Source of the DNA: an uncultured Spirochaetota bacterium
GTDB taxonomy: Bacteria > Spirochaetota > Spirochaetia > SZUA-6 > CAVTHK01
Length of the DNA stretch: 64,000 bases
Direction: 5' to 3'
Assembly (NCBI GenBank): GCA_963734495.1
Contig: CAVTHK010000013.1
Location: 352,001-416,000, forward strand
Of this stretch, positions 53,903-64,000 are shown in pieces. The stretch's first letter is position 1. The number at the start of each line of letters is the position of its first letter. The notes beneath the pieces were generated by a model. The model was not told where the DNA came from. It did no database searches and saw only the letters and a program-made list of their open reading frames with translations. The translations under genes were made by a program, and so were the position numbers.

Positions 53903-55547
53903 CTACTTGCGCTCGTTGTACCGGTCCAGCGCCTTCTGCCGCAGCGCGACCACCTCGTCGACGTTGAGCTGCTTGAGCGTGGCCTGGAACTTGTCCCAGT
54001 TGGCCAGCGGCTCCTTGCCCGTGATGAACTTGGCCGTCATCTCGTCGACGTAGGTGTTGAGCTGGCTCATCAGGCGAGCCGAAACGCCTGCCCTCGTCGG
54101 GCGTCGGCGTCACCGGCGGCATGATCCGGTCGGTCACGCCCTTGACCCATTCGGCCTGCGCCGCGTGCTGATCGGGCAGGAAGATGCGGTTGCGGAACAG
54201 GGCGGCGTCGAACACCAGCGGCGGGGAGCTGACCCCGCGCGACCACAGGCCGATGGCCTGGTCGATCGAAAGCGTCGGGTTCTTGGTGATCGCCTCGGTG
54301 AAGACCGGCTCTCCGTTGACCATCCGGTAGCTCTGGCCCTCGATGCCGAACACCATCAGCAGGTGCCCTTCGGGGCTGTAGCCGTAGTCGAGGTACTTGA
54401 CCGCCTCCTTGACGTGCTTCGAGGATGTGCTGATCGCCGCGGAGGTCCCCGGGAAGTACTGCAGCCGGGCCGCCTCGTTGTCATACGGCTTGCCGGCCGG
54501 TCCCACGGGGAACGGAAGCCCCTGGATCGAGAAGCCCGGGTCCTTCTGGCGCGCGAGCTGCTCGAGGCGGCCGAGCAGGCCCGAAAGCAGCCCGTTCCAG
54601 GATCCCGCCAGGTTGCCCGTGATCCTGGCATCCTGCTGATTGCCCGTGGTCGAAACGAAGTCGGGATCGATGAGCTTTTCCGTGTACCACTTGTTCATCG
54701 TGGTCAGGAAGTCGAGGAACTCCTTCTCGGCCGGCCCGAAGTGGACCGTGTTGTCGATCTTGTAGAACCCGTAGTTGATCCCCCAGGCGCCCGCGAACGG
54801 AACCAGGCGCGCCAGTCCCTGGGCCACAAAGGGCAGCTCGTCGTTCGGGTTGCCGTTCCCGTTGGGATCCTGCGTGCGGAAGGCCACGAGCATCTTGTAC
54901 CAGTCGTCGAGCGTGTTCGGCGGCGCGATGTTCAGCTTCGCGAGCCACGCCCGGTTCGCCTGGAAGCCGGTGATGATCCGCCACTGGTCCGCGAGCCGCA
55001 GGAACGGGAAGCCGTAGAGCAGGCCCGTGTCCGTGAGCACCTGCCGGCGCGCGGTAGGCGTCTCGGCGAGGATCTTCGTGATGTTGGGCGCCCAGCTCGC
55101 GATCTCCTTGTTCAGCGGGATGATCACCTTGTCCTGGATCGCCTTTTCCGGGCCGCCCGGGTAGGTGAGCCAGCTCCACTCGATGATGTCGGGGTACTGC
55201 CCCGACGACACCATGAGGTTGAACTGCTCGTTCTGCTGTCCCACGGGCGGGTGGATGAACTTCATCTCGATGTTCGTGAGCTCGAGCATCTTCTTGTAGG
55301 CCGGGATGTCCGCGTAGCTGTTGACGGCCGCCCCTCCCTTGATCGGCTCGAACGTGCAGAACGTCGTGAGTGTTATGCGGTCCTTGACGATCGGCAGTGT
55401 GATCGGCTCCGGCGCCCCTGCGGCCGAGGGAGCCGCGGTCATGGCGGGCCCGGGCGCCTGCTTCTCCGGCGTCGCACCGCCAAAAAGGAGCGTCCCCACG
55501 GTTGCGAACCCAAGGACCGCGACCAGCATTCTCGTGAGCTTGAGCAT
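53903..55547 (-). CDS. ABC transporter extracellular solute-binding protein, copy 1; one frameshift near the 3' end
   Basis: Same motifs as copy 2; leader MLKLTRMLVAVLGFATVGTLLFGGATPEK; GGAGGAGG RBS. Confidence 0.9.
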
Positions 55548-55573
55548 AGGCATCCTCCTCCAGATACGCGATA

Positions 55574-55602
55574 AGTTTAGGCGTCCCTCCTGACCGGGTC
55601 AA
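55574..55602 (-). promoter_or_regulatory. sigma70 promoter of the second ABC operon with overlapping palindrome
   Basis: TTGACC (55602-55597), N17, TAAACT (55579-55574); TGACC-G-GGTCA palindrome at 55591-55601. Confidence 0.7.
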
Positions 55603-55713
55603 ATCTGAACCGCAGGAGATGCCGGGCCTTCTGAAGTTAGTCTGAAGGCAGGCTCGCCGTCGCTCATGCCCACGGACGGCGGACCGCGCCCGGGTCGAGC
55701 GGGACTCGAGCGT

Positions 55714-56727
55714 TCAGCGGGGTCGCGGCCGGCTCTCGCGCCACCAGGCGACGCACTCCGCCACGGTCTGCTCGAGGCCGTACTGCGGCCGGAAACCCAG
55801 CACCTTGCGGATCCGGCTGTCGTCGAGCCTGTCGTCGGCTGCGGCGTACGCCACGGAGAAGCTGTTGTACGGGATGCGAACGCCTACCGACCGCAGGGCG
55901 TCGCCCACGACGCCGACGGTCCTGGCCACGGCTACGGGAACCCTGCGCGTTACCGGCGGCTCGCCGAGCGCGCGGCAGAAGGCGTTGACGTACTCCTCAA
56001 ACGTCGCGTGGAAGCTCGCAAAGTGGAAGGCCTCCCCGTCGACCCGGCCAATGTGCTCGAGCGCGAGGATGTGCGCCTGGGCAGCGTCCGCCGCGTGCGC
56101 CACCGGGAGCCGGTTGCTCCCGTCGCCGACGAGCACCATGCGCCGGCCGAGAATCGTCTCGATGAGAGTCGGGACGGACAGCAGCTCGCGGGGACCGATC
56201 ACCGTCGGCGGCCGCAGCGCGACGAAGCGGATCCCCCGCTGCCGGCACAGCTCCCGCGCGAGGTCCTCCTGCATTTTCTTGCTCTTCTGGTAGTGCCACA
56301 CCGGCCGCTTCGGCTCGAAGTCCTCGTCGATCGGCTGCTGGCTGCTGGGGAACCCGTACACCCCGTAGGTCGACGTCAGGACGAGCCTGGCGCCGGATGC
56401 CAGGCCTTCGACGAGGGCCTGGGTGGCCGTCACGTTGGAACGGTAGAAGTCCCGCCAGGGGGAGCTCATGTCGTAGAGCGCCGCCACGTGCATCACCATG
56501 TCCGCGCCGGACGCGGCGCGGCGGAGGCTGGCGAAGTCGAGCAGGTCTCCCTGCCTGACGTCCAGTCGCGCCGCGTCGAACCTGACGCCTTCGGCCTTCC
56601 GAGGGTCGCGGACGAGCAGCCGGACCGTGTCGATGCCGAGCCGCCGCGCCACGCCTTCGCGGCCGAGCGCCGACAGGATATACGACCCGAGAAAACCCGT
56701 GCCGCCCGTAAGCAGGAGCGTCCCCAT
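55714..56727 (-). CDS. NAD-dependent epimerase/dehydratase (extended SDR, 3-beta-HSD-like)
   Basis: TGGTGFLG, HVAA, YQKSK, LRPPTVIGP. Confidence 0.9.
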   Translation of the reverse strand: MGTLLLTGGTGFLGSYILSALGREGVARRLGIDTVRLLVRDPRKAEGVRFDAARLDVRQGDLLDFASLRRAASGADMVMHVAALYDMSSPWRDFYRSNVTATQALVEGLASGARLVLTSTYGVYGFPSSQQPIDEDFEPKRPVWHYQKSKKMQEDLARELCRQRGIRFVALRPPTVIGPRELLSVPTLIETILGRRMVLVGDGSNRLPVAHAADAAQAHILALEHIGRVDGEAFHFASFHATFEEYVNAFCRALGEPPVTRRVPVAVARTVGVVGDALRSVGVRIPYNSFSVAYAAADDRLDDSRIRKVLGFRPQYGLEQTVAECVAWWRESRPRPR

Positions 56728-56799
56728 AGTGCGCCTCAAGATACCCAGACCGCGCAGTCGGGGCGACCGCGACGCGAGCCGGCACGCAGGCGCGTCGCC

Positions 56800-57583
56800 C
56801 TACGCTGCGCCGGGGACATGCGGGAAGCTCGCGTCCAGCGGCGCGAGGGCGAGCTCCGCGAGGAACGTCGCGATGCGTCCGCAGGCCAGCTCGAGGTAGG
56901 CGCGGCCCTTTTCCGCCGAGGCCGCCCGCGGGTCTCCCGCCGCGCAGTGGTCGTTGAGCCGCGAAAAGCGGCGCGACGTCTGGACCCAGCCCCGGCGCAG
57001 CGCCTCGAAGCGGAAGGGCGCCGGCTCGCCCGGGCCGGCGTGCTCGAGCTCCACCAGGTCGGGGTGCAGACGCAAGGGCCACGGAGGTCTCCATCTCGCC
57101 CGCGTGGTCGTCGGGCTTGTCGAAGATCCGTCGATACTCGTCCGAGCCGACCGTCCACCAGTTGCACACGAACATGTGCATCGGGAGGTCGCACTGGAGC
57201 TGACGCAGCAGGGGCGTAAAGCTGTTGCCCCCGTGCCCGTTGACGATCACGAGCTTGCGGACTCCGTGGCGCAGCAGCGACTTCGCGACGTCCGTGACCA
57301 CCGCGTCGATCGCCGCCTGCGATACGTGGATCGCCAGCGGAAAGTCCAGCAGGTTGCAGTCGACCCCGAACGGGAGGGTGGGCAGGCAGACCACCCGGGG
57401 GCACTGCGCCCACGCCCGCGCCGTCGCCTCCCTCGCCACCCACGTCGTGTGCCTGACGTCCTGCCCGTAGGGCAGGTGCCGATTGTGCGGCTCCGTGGCC
57501 GCGGTCGGAAGCACGGCGACCTCGTACTGCCGGCCCTGCACGCGCCGGAGATTCGTCGCGGTCAGATCCCATTCCTCGATCAC
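56800..57583 (-). CDS. creatininase family protein; frameshifted
   Basis: ATEPHNRHLPYGQD, VNGHGGN, DHAGEMETS, GDPRAASAEKG; GGAGGT RBS before GTG. Confidence 0.9.
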
Positions 57584-57607
57584 GCCGTCACCTCCCATCG
57601 TCCGCAG

Positions 57608-58453
57608 TCATCGCGGAGCACAGCCGCTCCACGATCGCGCCGGCTCCGCGAGCGCCACCAGCTGGCTCGAGGGCCCGCCAGCGGTGCGGATGGCCCGCCG
57701 CGGTGTGGCACATGCGCGGGCCGATCGTGCCGTCGAGCCAGTCGTGCGCCGTAGAGCTTGACGCGCATCCCGCACTTGCGCCAGCAGCGGCAGCGCCCCC
57801 GCGAAGTCCCACAGCTTGAGCCGGCCGATGTAGCCTTCGTACCGCCCCAGACAGAGATAGCTCAGAGGAAGGACGGCGGTCCCGAGCGCCTGAACCTGGT
57901 TCGGGAGGTCCACCCTGCCCCACTTGGCCATCTCCTGCGTGATCGCGATGATGCCGTGCTCGTCGAGCGCGTCGCCGCCGCGGGCGAGGTCGGTGATGTC
58001 CGCCGCGTCGGACGGCGAGGCGCCGCCGCCTCCGCGCCCGTAGTAGACGCGATCGCCTTCGCTCACGAAGAGCTCATCGGTCGCGGGCAGCAGGATCGCC
58101 CCCTGCTCGAGGCGGCCGCTGCGCGCCAGACCGACGGAGATGCCCCAGGTCGGTATGTGGTGCGAGTAGGGCGCGGTGCCGTCGATCGGGTCGACGACCC
58201 ACGCGCGGGCCGCGAGCGCCGCCTGCAGGTAGCTTTCGTCCTTCGAGGCTACCGTCTCTTCGCCGATGAGCCACGACCCTTGCGAAGGGTGGTCGAGCTC
58301 GGCGGCCAGAAGACCTTCGATCTGACGATCCGCCTCCGTGACGACGCTGCGGTCGTCCTTGACGCTGACGCGCGGCCTCTCGTAGTGGGCCAGCGCGATG
58401 CGCCCGCATTCCGCGAGCAGCGCGGCGACGGCCGGGCGCGACCAGTCGTGCAT
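57608..58453 (-). CDS. inositol monophosphatase family protein; frameshift near the 3' end
   Basis: VTEAD, IGEE, WVVDPIDGT, LWDFAG. Confidence 0.88.
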   Translation of the reverse strand: MHDWSRPAVAALLAECGRIALAHYERPRVSVKDDRSVVTEADRQIEGLLAAELDHPSQGSWLIGEETVASKDESYLQAALAARAWVVDPIDGTAPYSHHIPTWGISVGLARSGRLEQGAILLPATDELFVSEGDRVYYGRGGGGASPSDAADITDLARGGDALDEHGIIAITQEMAKWGRVDLPNQVQALGTAVLPLSYLCLGRYEGYIGRLKLWDFAGALPLLAQVRDARQALRRTTGSTARSARACATPRRAIRTAGGPSSQLVALAEPARSWSGCAPR

Positions 58454-58523
58454 CGGCCCCTCCTGCGGCGAGTTTAGTGACTTCGACCGCGGACGCCAAC
58501 CCTGTGCCTGCCCGCGGCGACCT

Positions 58524-58553
58524 TTGACACGCCCGCTCGCCGCGGCGTAGGGT
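58524..58553 (+). promoter_or_regulatory. putative sigma70 promoter
   Basis: TTGACA, N18, TAGGGT, followed by GGAGG and ATG at 58572. Confidence 0.5.
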
Positions 58554-58571
58554 GTGCCGCGGAGGGGGCCG

Positions 58572-59615
58572 ATGCTGACGAAACGCAGGATGCGGACGGC
58601 GGCCGCGTGCGCGGCGTTCGTCGCCGTTGCAGCGATGACGGCTGCGGAGCCGCCCGAGCAGAGCCACGACGCTCGCGGTGAGGGGCGCGTACTACTTTGG
58701 CTACGAGGAAGGCTGGGGCGTGCACGACGGTTTCGCGCCCGTCTCCTACGACATCGTGCGCAAGGAGGAGCTGACGCACGTCGCCGGCGATCCCGGCCGC
58801 GACCTCGGCTACAGCTGGGGCAACGCGGGCCTCGGGGTCGCGCTCGCGCATTCGCTCCGGTGGCCCTTTCTCGCCGGCAGCGGGCCGCTCCTCGAGGGCA
58901 ACAACCTCAAGCTCGACGCTGACGCGGCGAGCTCTCACCCGTGAGCCTCATCGCTTCCGCGGAAGCGGTGCTGACCCCGGCGGCCGTCGCGGAGATCGCG
59001 GCGGGCGCCAGCGCGGGGACGGGCTGGAGCATCGGGATCGGCAACGGGCTCGGCCGCAACCTTCCGGGCGTCGAGCACGACAAGATCCTGGAGGAGCCCT
59101 TCTCGGGGCTCGTCCTCTCCGGCTGGCTCTCCGCGCACGCTGCAGTTCGATTTCGCGGCGATCTGGCCGGGGGACTGGCATCACGTGGTCGTGGCCGCCG
59201 GCCCGAAGCTCGAGTACTGGGACTTTACCGGGGCAGGCAAGGACGAGGCGTGGCAGTGGGAGGCCGACCTCGGCGACAACTTCAACGGGTGGCGCTTCTC
59301 GACGCAGACCTTTGTCGGCTACCGCATGCCGCGGCGCGTCGAGATGGTCGGCGTGCTCGTGAGCACGGTCACGAACCTCTTCTGGAACGCGAAGCGTTCG
59401 CCCATGGACGAGCCCGGGGGCTGGGGATCGGACTTCGTCACGGTCACGATCGCGCCGCTGGTCAACGTCACGCTCTCGGACAACGCGCCCGCCTCACGGC
59501 GCTGCTGCAGCTCCGGACCGAGCGCGACTACACCGACGCCACCATCGGCAACCGCTACTTCGAGTACCGGGACTACGACGGCTGGTTCATCTACCTGAGG
59601 CTGGTCGGCCGCTAG
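58572..59615 (+). CDS. hypothetical exported protein, possibly an outer-membrane beta-barrel; frameshifted
   Basis: Signal peptide; alternating amphipathic strands rich in W/Y/F; coding-like across four frame pieces. Confidence 0.6.
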
Positions 59616-59729
59616 TCACCTGGCGGCTGTAGGCGGGGGGCACCGCGGCCGCTGGACGCCGGCCGCGCGCGCCTCCGCCTCGAATGCGCCGCGACGGGCC
59701 CCCGAAGCGCCAAGTCATAGGAGGTGGCA

Positions 59730-60230
59730 ATGAGAACGGCTGAGGTAAAGAGGCTCACGCGTGAGGCATTCCGGCCCTTCGGCGACTTTGCGGCGCTCAT
59801 CGGCCCCCAGGGCGAGCGCATCGGCGAGCCGCCGGTGGAGTTCTACCGGGACATGCTGCCGCTGCGGCTCGGCGTCGAGCACGATCGCGTCGATCTCCGT
59901 CTGCCGGGTCGGCAACGCGGCCGTCCGTGATCGACGTCACGGAGTTCCACGACCAGACGGAAGAAGGGATCCTGCCCCTCGACGGCGACGTGCTCATCCA
60001 CGTGGCCGCCGCGACCGCGGACGACAAGCCGCCGATCGACCGGATGGAGGTGTTCCGCGTGCCTCGGGGGACCTTCGTCGCGCTGCGGCGCGGCGTCTGG
60101 CATCACGCGCCGTTCGCCGTCGATAAGGACGTGGTCAACGTGCTGATCGTGCTGCCGGAGCGCACCTACATGGTCGACTGCACGGTCCGCAAGCTCGGCA
60201 GCGGCGCAGCAGGTCAAGTTCTCGGCGTAG
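59730..60230 (+). CDS. ureidoglycolate lyase (AllA-like cupin); frameshifted
   Basis: LTREAFRPFG, EFHDQTEE, GVWHHAPF; GGAGGT RBS; stop inferred at TAG 60228-60230. Confidence 0.78.
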
Positions 60231-61433
60231 CAACGCGTCTGCGCCGCGGCCGCGCGGGCCGTGGCAGCGGCGATCGCCGACCCGAGCCAGCAGGAGCGCT
60301 CCCCCGGCGAGCGAGCGTGACGCCCGGCCTCGTGGTGTACTGGATCCCGGCCCACCCGAGCAGCGGGCCGACCGCCCCGCCGAGGTCCCAGGCGCTGGCG
60401 TACCGCGCGTACGAGCGCGGCCCGCGCAGGCCGGCGGCGACCTGCAGCGCGAGACCGCAGGCGGCCGTGCTCACGAAGAACAGCACCACCAGCGGGATGA
60501 CGGCAGGCGAAGCCCCGAGGCCGGCGGCGGCGAGGAGCGCGACCGCGCCCAGCAGAAAGGCGGCCGCTGCGGCCGCGCGGTGGCCCACGCCGTCGATCAG
60601 GCGTCCGAGCAGGGGCGAGCCGGCGCTGTCGATCGACGTAGCGGAGAGAGATGAGAAGGGCGTTGACGCGTCGCCATCCCCACGACCAGCCCCGCCGACC
60701 GTCAGCGCTCGCCCCGAAGCTCGCCTTGAGCAGGTAGCCGACCGTGGACATGATGAGGCCCGTGCCGACGCAGGTGGCGAGAAAGCCCTGCGCGAGCAGG
60801 GGCAGGTCGCCACGCCCGCGTGCCCTGGCCGCTCGCGCCGGCTCGGCGCCGGCCCGCCGCTGCGCCCCGGCCGTGGCCCCGCGGGCGCCGAAGGGCACGG
60901 CCGTCGCGGAGACCAGGCGCGAGGAGGAAGTACGCCCGGAAGTGGCCGAGGGTGTCGTAGAGGAACCCTCCCGCGAGCGTGCCCGCGATGAATCCGAGCT
61001 GCACGATCCCGTTGAAGATCCCGAGGATGCGGCCCGCCTTCCCGCTCTCCGCCGTGCTCGACCGAGAGGGTGATCCCGGTGTGCCTGATGAACGACCAGC
61101 ACAGGCCCCAGAGCATCCGCGCGGCCAGGAAGGGCCAGAAGCGGGGCCGGGTGGCGTAGAACGCGGCGAGCAGCGCGCCGAGCGCGCAGCGCGCCCGCGA
61201 GCGGCAGCGCCGGGCGCGTCCGCTCCAGGGTCCGGCGCGCCAGGTGATTGGTGAGCAGCCGGACCCACCGGTTCACGGACAGCAGCAGGCCGACCTCGAA
61301 CGGCATCAGCCCGAGGGCCTCGAAATGGACCGGCAGCACGGCGTACGTCGTCATGTCGCCCATGAGGGAGAGGGCGGTGGCGGACGCCGAGCAGGACGAC
61401 TGCCGGGTGGGTTGCGCGGGATGAGCGCTGCAT
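60214..61433 (-). CDS. MFS transporter; frameshifted, 3' end uncertain
   Basis: LSLMGDMTTYAVLP, VGLLLSVNRWVRL, WGLCWS, DLGGAVGPL. Confidence 0.78.
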
Positions 61434-61595
61434 GACCAGGGCTCGGCCTCCGGCGCTCACCATATCACGGGACCGTGCGCCGCATCGCCTTCGCATTTGG
61501 CCGCCGGCGGCGGCGCTGGTATTATTCCTTAGTCAGAGGATGACAAATGGAAGGTACCCTCGCGGACTCCCCGACCCCACCCGCGAAGGGCGCGT

Positions 61596-62614
61596 GTGCG
61601 CTTCGGCCGGCGCGGCTGCACCGTGGCGCTGCTCGGCGCGGCAGCGCTGGCGCTCGCCGCGGGCAGCGCGCTCGCGTTCGGCGAGAGGGCGCGCGCCGCG
61701 GCCGCCGACTCGCGGATGCTGCGCGCTGCCGCGGAGCTCTCGTACTCGTACTACCGCGTCCGCCTGCCGCTGGCGCCGCAGCTCTGGACGCGGCCGCTCG
61801 CCGGCCGGCCGCGCGTCGGGCTGCAGGTCGGCCACTGGCGCATGGATGAGCTGCCGGACGAGCTTTACCGCCTGCGCGGACAACACCGGCACCGCCTGGG
61901 GCTCCTACCGCGAAGTCGACGTGAACCTCGCGGTGGCCACGCGCGCCGCGGAAATCCTTCGCTCCAAGGGAGTCGACGTCGACCTTCTCCCGGGAACCGT
62001 CCCGCCCGACTACCTCGCCGACGCCGTGGTTGCGATCCACGCCGACGGCGCGTGGAGGCCCGGCGCCAGGGGGTAGAAGGTCACCACCGCGTGGCGGGCC
62101 TCCGAAGCCTCGCGCCGCCTCGAGCTCGCGATCGTCGGCCGAGTATCCCCGCGCCACGGGCCTGCCCGAGGACAAGGTCGGCATCACGTACGGGATGAAG
62201 GGCTACTACGCCTTCAGCCGGCAGCGGTTCCGGCACGCAGTCTCGCCGTTCACGCCTGCGGTCATCATCGAGACCGGCTTCCTCACCGACGCCGCGGACC
62301 GCAGCGTGCTCGTCGATCGGACGGCCGACGTGGCGCAGGGCATCGCTTCGGGCGTGCTGGACTTCCTCTCGGGCTACGCCTCGCTCGACTGGAAGAGCCT
62401 GGTGCCCCGCTACTATCCGCTGCAGCAGGTGGGACAGGCCGTGACCGAGGTGTACGCCTTTCCCGGCTCCGACGCCCCGGTCCGGGACGTGTTGAATCCG
62501 GGCACGCCGGTCTTCCCGGTGAGCAGGCAGGGGGACTGGGTGGAGATCATCGTCCGCGGCAATTTCCGCAGCTTCGGCTGGGTCAGGGAGTCGCAGCTCG
62601 CGCCGCTGACGTAG
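61596..62614 (+). CDS. N-acetylmuramoyl-L-alanine amidase (Amidase_3) with C-terminal SH3-like domain; frameshifts and an in-frame TAG
   Basis: VGLQVGHW, EVDVNL, AIHADG, YYAF, TPAVIIETGFLT, C-terminal GDWVEI..FGWV. Confidence 0.8.
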
Positions 62615-62623
62615 CACGGTCCC

Positions 62624-62653
62624 TTGCCACGGCGGCCGCGCTCCCCATACGAT
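62624..62653 (+). promoter_or_regulatory. putative sigma70 promoter, leaderless MFS transcript
   Basis: TTGCCA, N18, TACGAT, N7, ATG (62661). Confidence 0.6.
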
Positions 62654-62660
62654 CGCCTGC

Positions 62661-63946
62661 ATGGCCGACACCCGGCTCGACTACGAGCGGGAGATCGAAG
62701 CCCACCGCCGGTGGAACTTCACCATCAACGTGGGCGACCTCTCCTTTTACAACCTGGCGCTGGCCCTGCTTTTCCCGTCGACCATCCTGCCGCTGTACGC
62801 GAGCCACCTCACGAGCTCCGCGGTGCTCATCGGCCTCATCCCGGCGATCCACGACGTCTCGATCTTTCTCCCCCAGATCCTGATGGCGCGCCACGCGGAG
62901 ACGCTCGCCCGCAAGAAGCCCTTTGTCGTGCGCGCCAGCGCCATGGAGCGGCTGCCCTACCTCGCGATCGGCCTGGCGATCCTGTTGTGGCCCGAGGCCC
63001 CCGCGTGGCTCGCCTACCTCGTCCTGGCCGCGGGCATCGGGACCGCGCGCACCTGGGCGGGGATCGCGAGCCCGGGCTGGCGGGGCATGCTGGCCAAGAT
63101 CATCCACCCCGACCGCAGGGGCACGCTGTTCGGGACCGGCTACGCCTTTGGCGGCATCCTCGGCATCGGCGGCGCGTATGCGGGCCGCGCGATCCTCGCG
63201 CGGACTGCCCTACCCGGTCTCCTTCGGCCTGTGCTTCATGCTGGCGTTCGCGGCTCAGGCGCTTTCGTGGACGTGCCTCACGCTGAACCGCGAGCCGGCA
63301 CGCGAGCCGGAGCGGGTCCCGCCGCCTTTTGCCGCCTACCTCCGCGAGCTGCCCGCGCTCCTGCGCGCCATGCCGAGCTTTAAACGCTTCCTCGCGAGCC
63401 AGGCGCTGGCGATCCTCGGAAGCCTCGCCGCGAGCTTCTACGTGATCTACGGCCGGCGCAGCGCTCGGCCTCACCGACGCGGCGGCCGCTCTGCTCACGA
63501 TCGCCGCCCTGGCGAGCCAGTCGATCGGCACGCCGGTCATGGGCCGGCTCTCGGACCGCCTCGGCCACAAATGGATGAACGGCCTCGCCATGCGTCCTGG
63601 GCGCCGGGGCGGCGGCGCGTCATGCTCGCGGCCCGCTCGCCCGCCTGGCTCGTCGCCCGCGTTCGTCCTCCTGAACCTCAGCCAGTCCGGCCTGCGCATC
63701 TCGCAGATGAGCCTCGCGATGGAGATCGGCGGCGCGGAGCGGGCGCCGACCTTCAGCGCGGTGATGAGCACTCTGCTTGCGTTCCCGACGCTGCTCGCGC
63801 CGCTGGCCGGCGGCTGGGCGGTGGATTCCATCGGCTTCAAGCCGGCGTTCTGCGCGGGCCTCGCGCTCTACGCGGCCGGGCTCGCCGTGCTCGCGCTCGG
63901 CGTGACCGACCCGCGCGTCGCCGCGGCCCGCGGCCGGCGGGCGTGA
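62661..63946 (+). CDS. MFS transporter; frameshifted
   Basis: About 12 hydrophobic segments, GRLSDRLGHK motif A, APLAGG. Confidence 0.82.
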
Positions 63947-64000
63947 CCTGGGGCGGGCACTCGGAGCAGGAGGCAGAGGTGGCACGAGATTCGATGACGC

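Noticed and set aside
59927..60991. Long C-terminal extension of the ureidoglycolate lyase
   Set aside because: It overlaps the antisense MFS gene; a one-base correction gives a stop at 60230

Overview
Very GC-rich (roughly 70% by eye) bacterial chromosomal window. The non-lipidated 'AWAGGQGDK / LFGGATPEK'-type solute-binding-protein leaders suggest a free-living Spirochaetia-like organism (inference). Many genes are broken by single-base indels, mostly apparent insertions, that look like long-read consensus errors, so the coordinates of frameshifted genes are approximate. Contents: a double-length UvrA; sugar/polyol catabolism genes (enolase-superfamily enzyme, SDRs, PfkB and FGGY kinases, GatD-like dehydrogenase, GatZ/KbaZ-like protein); and two carbohydrate ABC clusters without an ATPase gene, one interleaved with two FAD oxidoreductases and one with tandem paralogous binding proteins. 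There are also five MFS transporters and a Ca-binding beta-propeller protein resembling PL11 lyases. An accessory-looking stretch (38.2-45.6 kb) holds an orphan lipoprotein, a bacterial Clp1-like polynucleotide kinase, an esterase, a pirin, gene relics and a VWA-CsgG-like protein. The most interesting candidate system is a translationally coupled pair: a YghO/bacterial-ceramide-synthase-like GNAT protein and an MFSD2/GPH-like transporter. Several genes appear to be leaderless. No rRNA, tRNA, CRISPR array, integrase or transposase was recognised.
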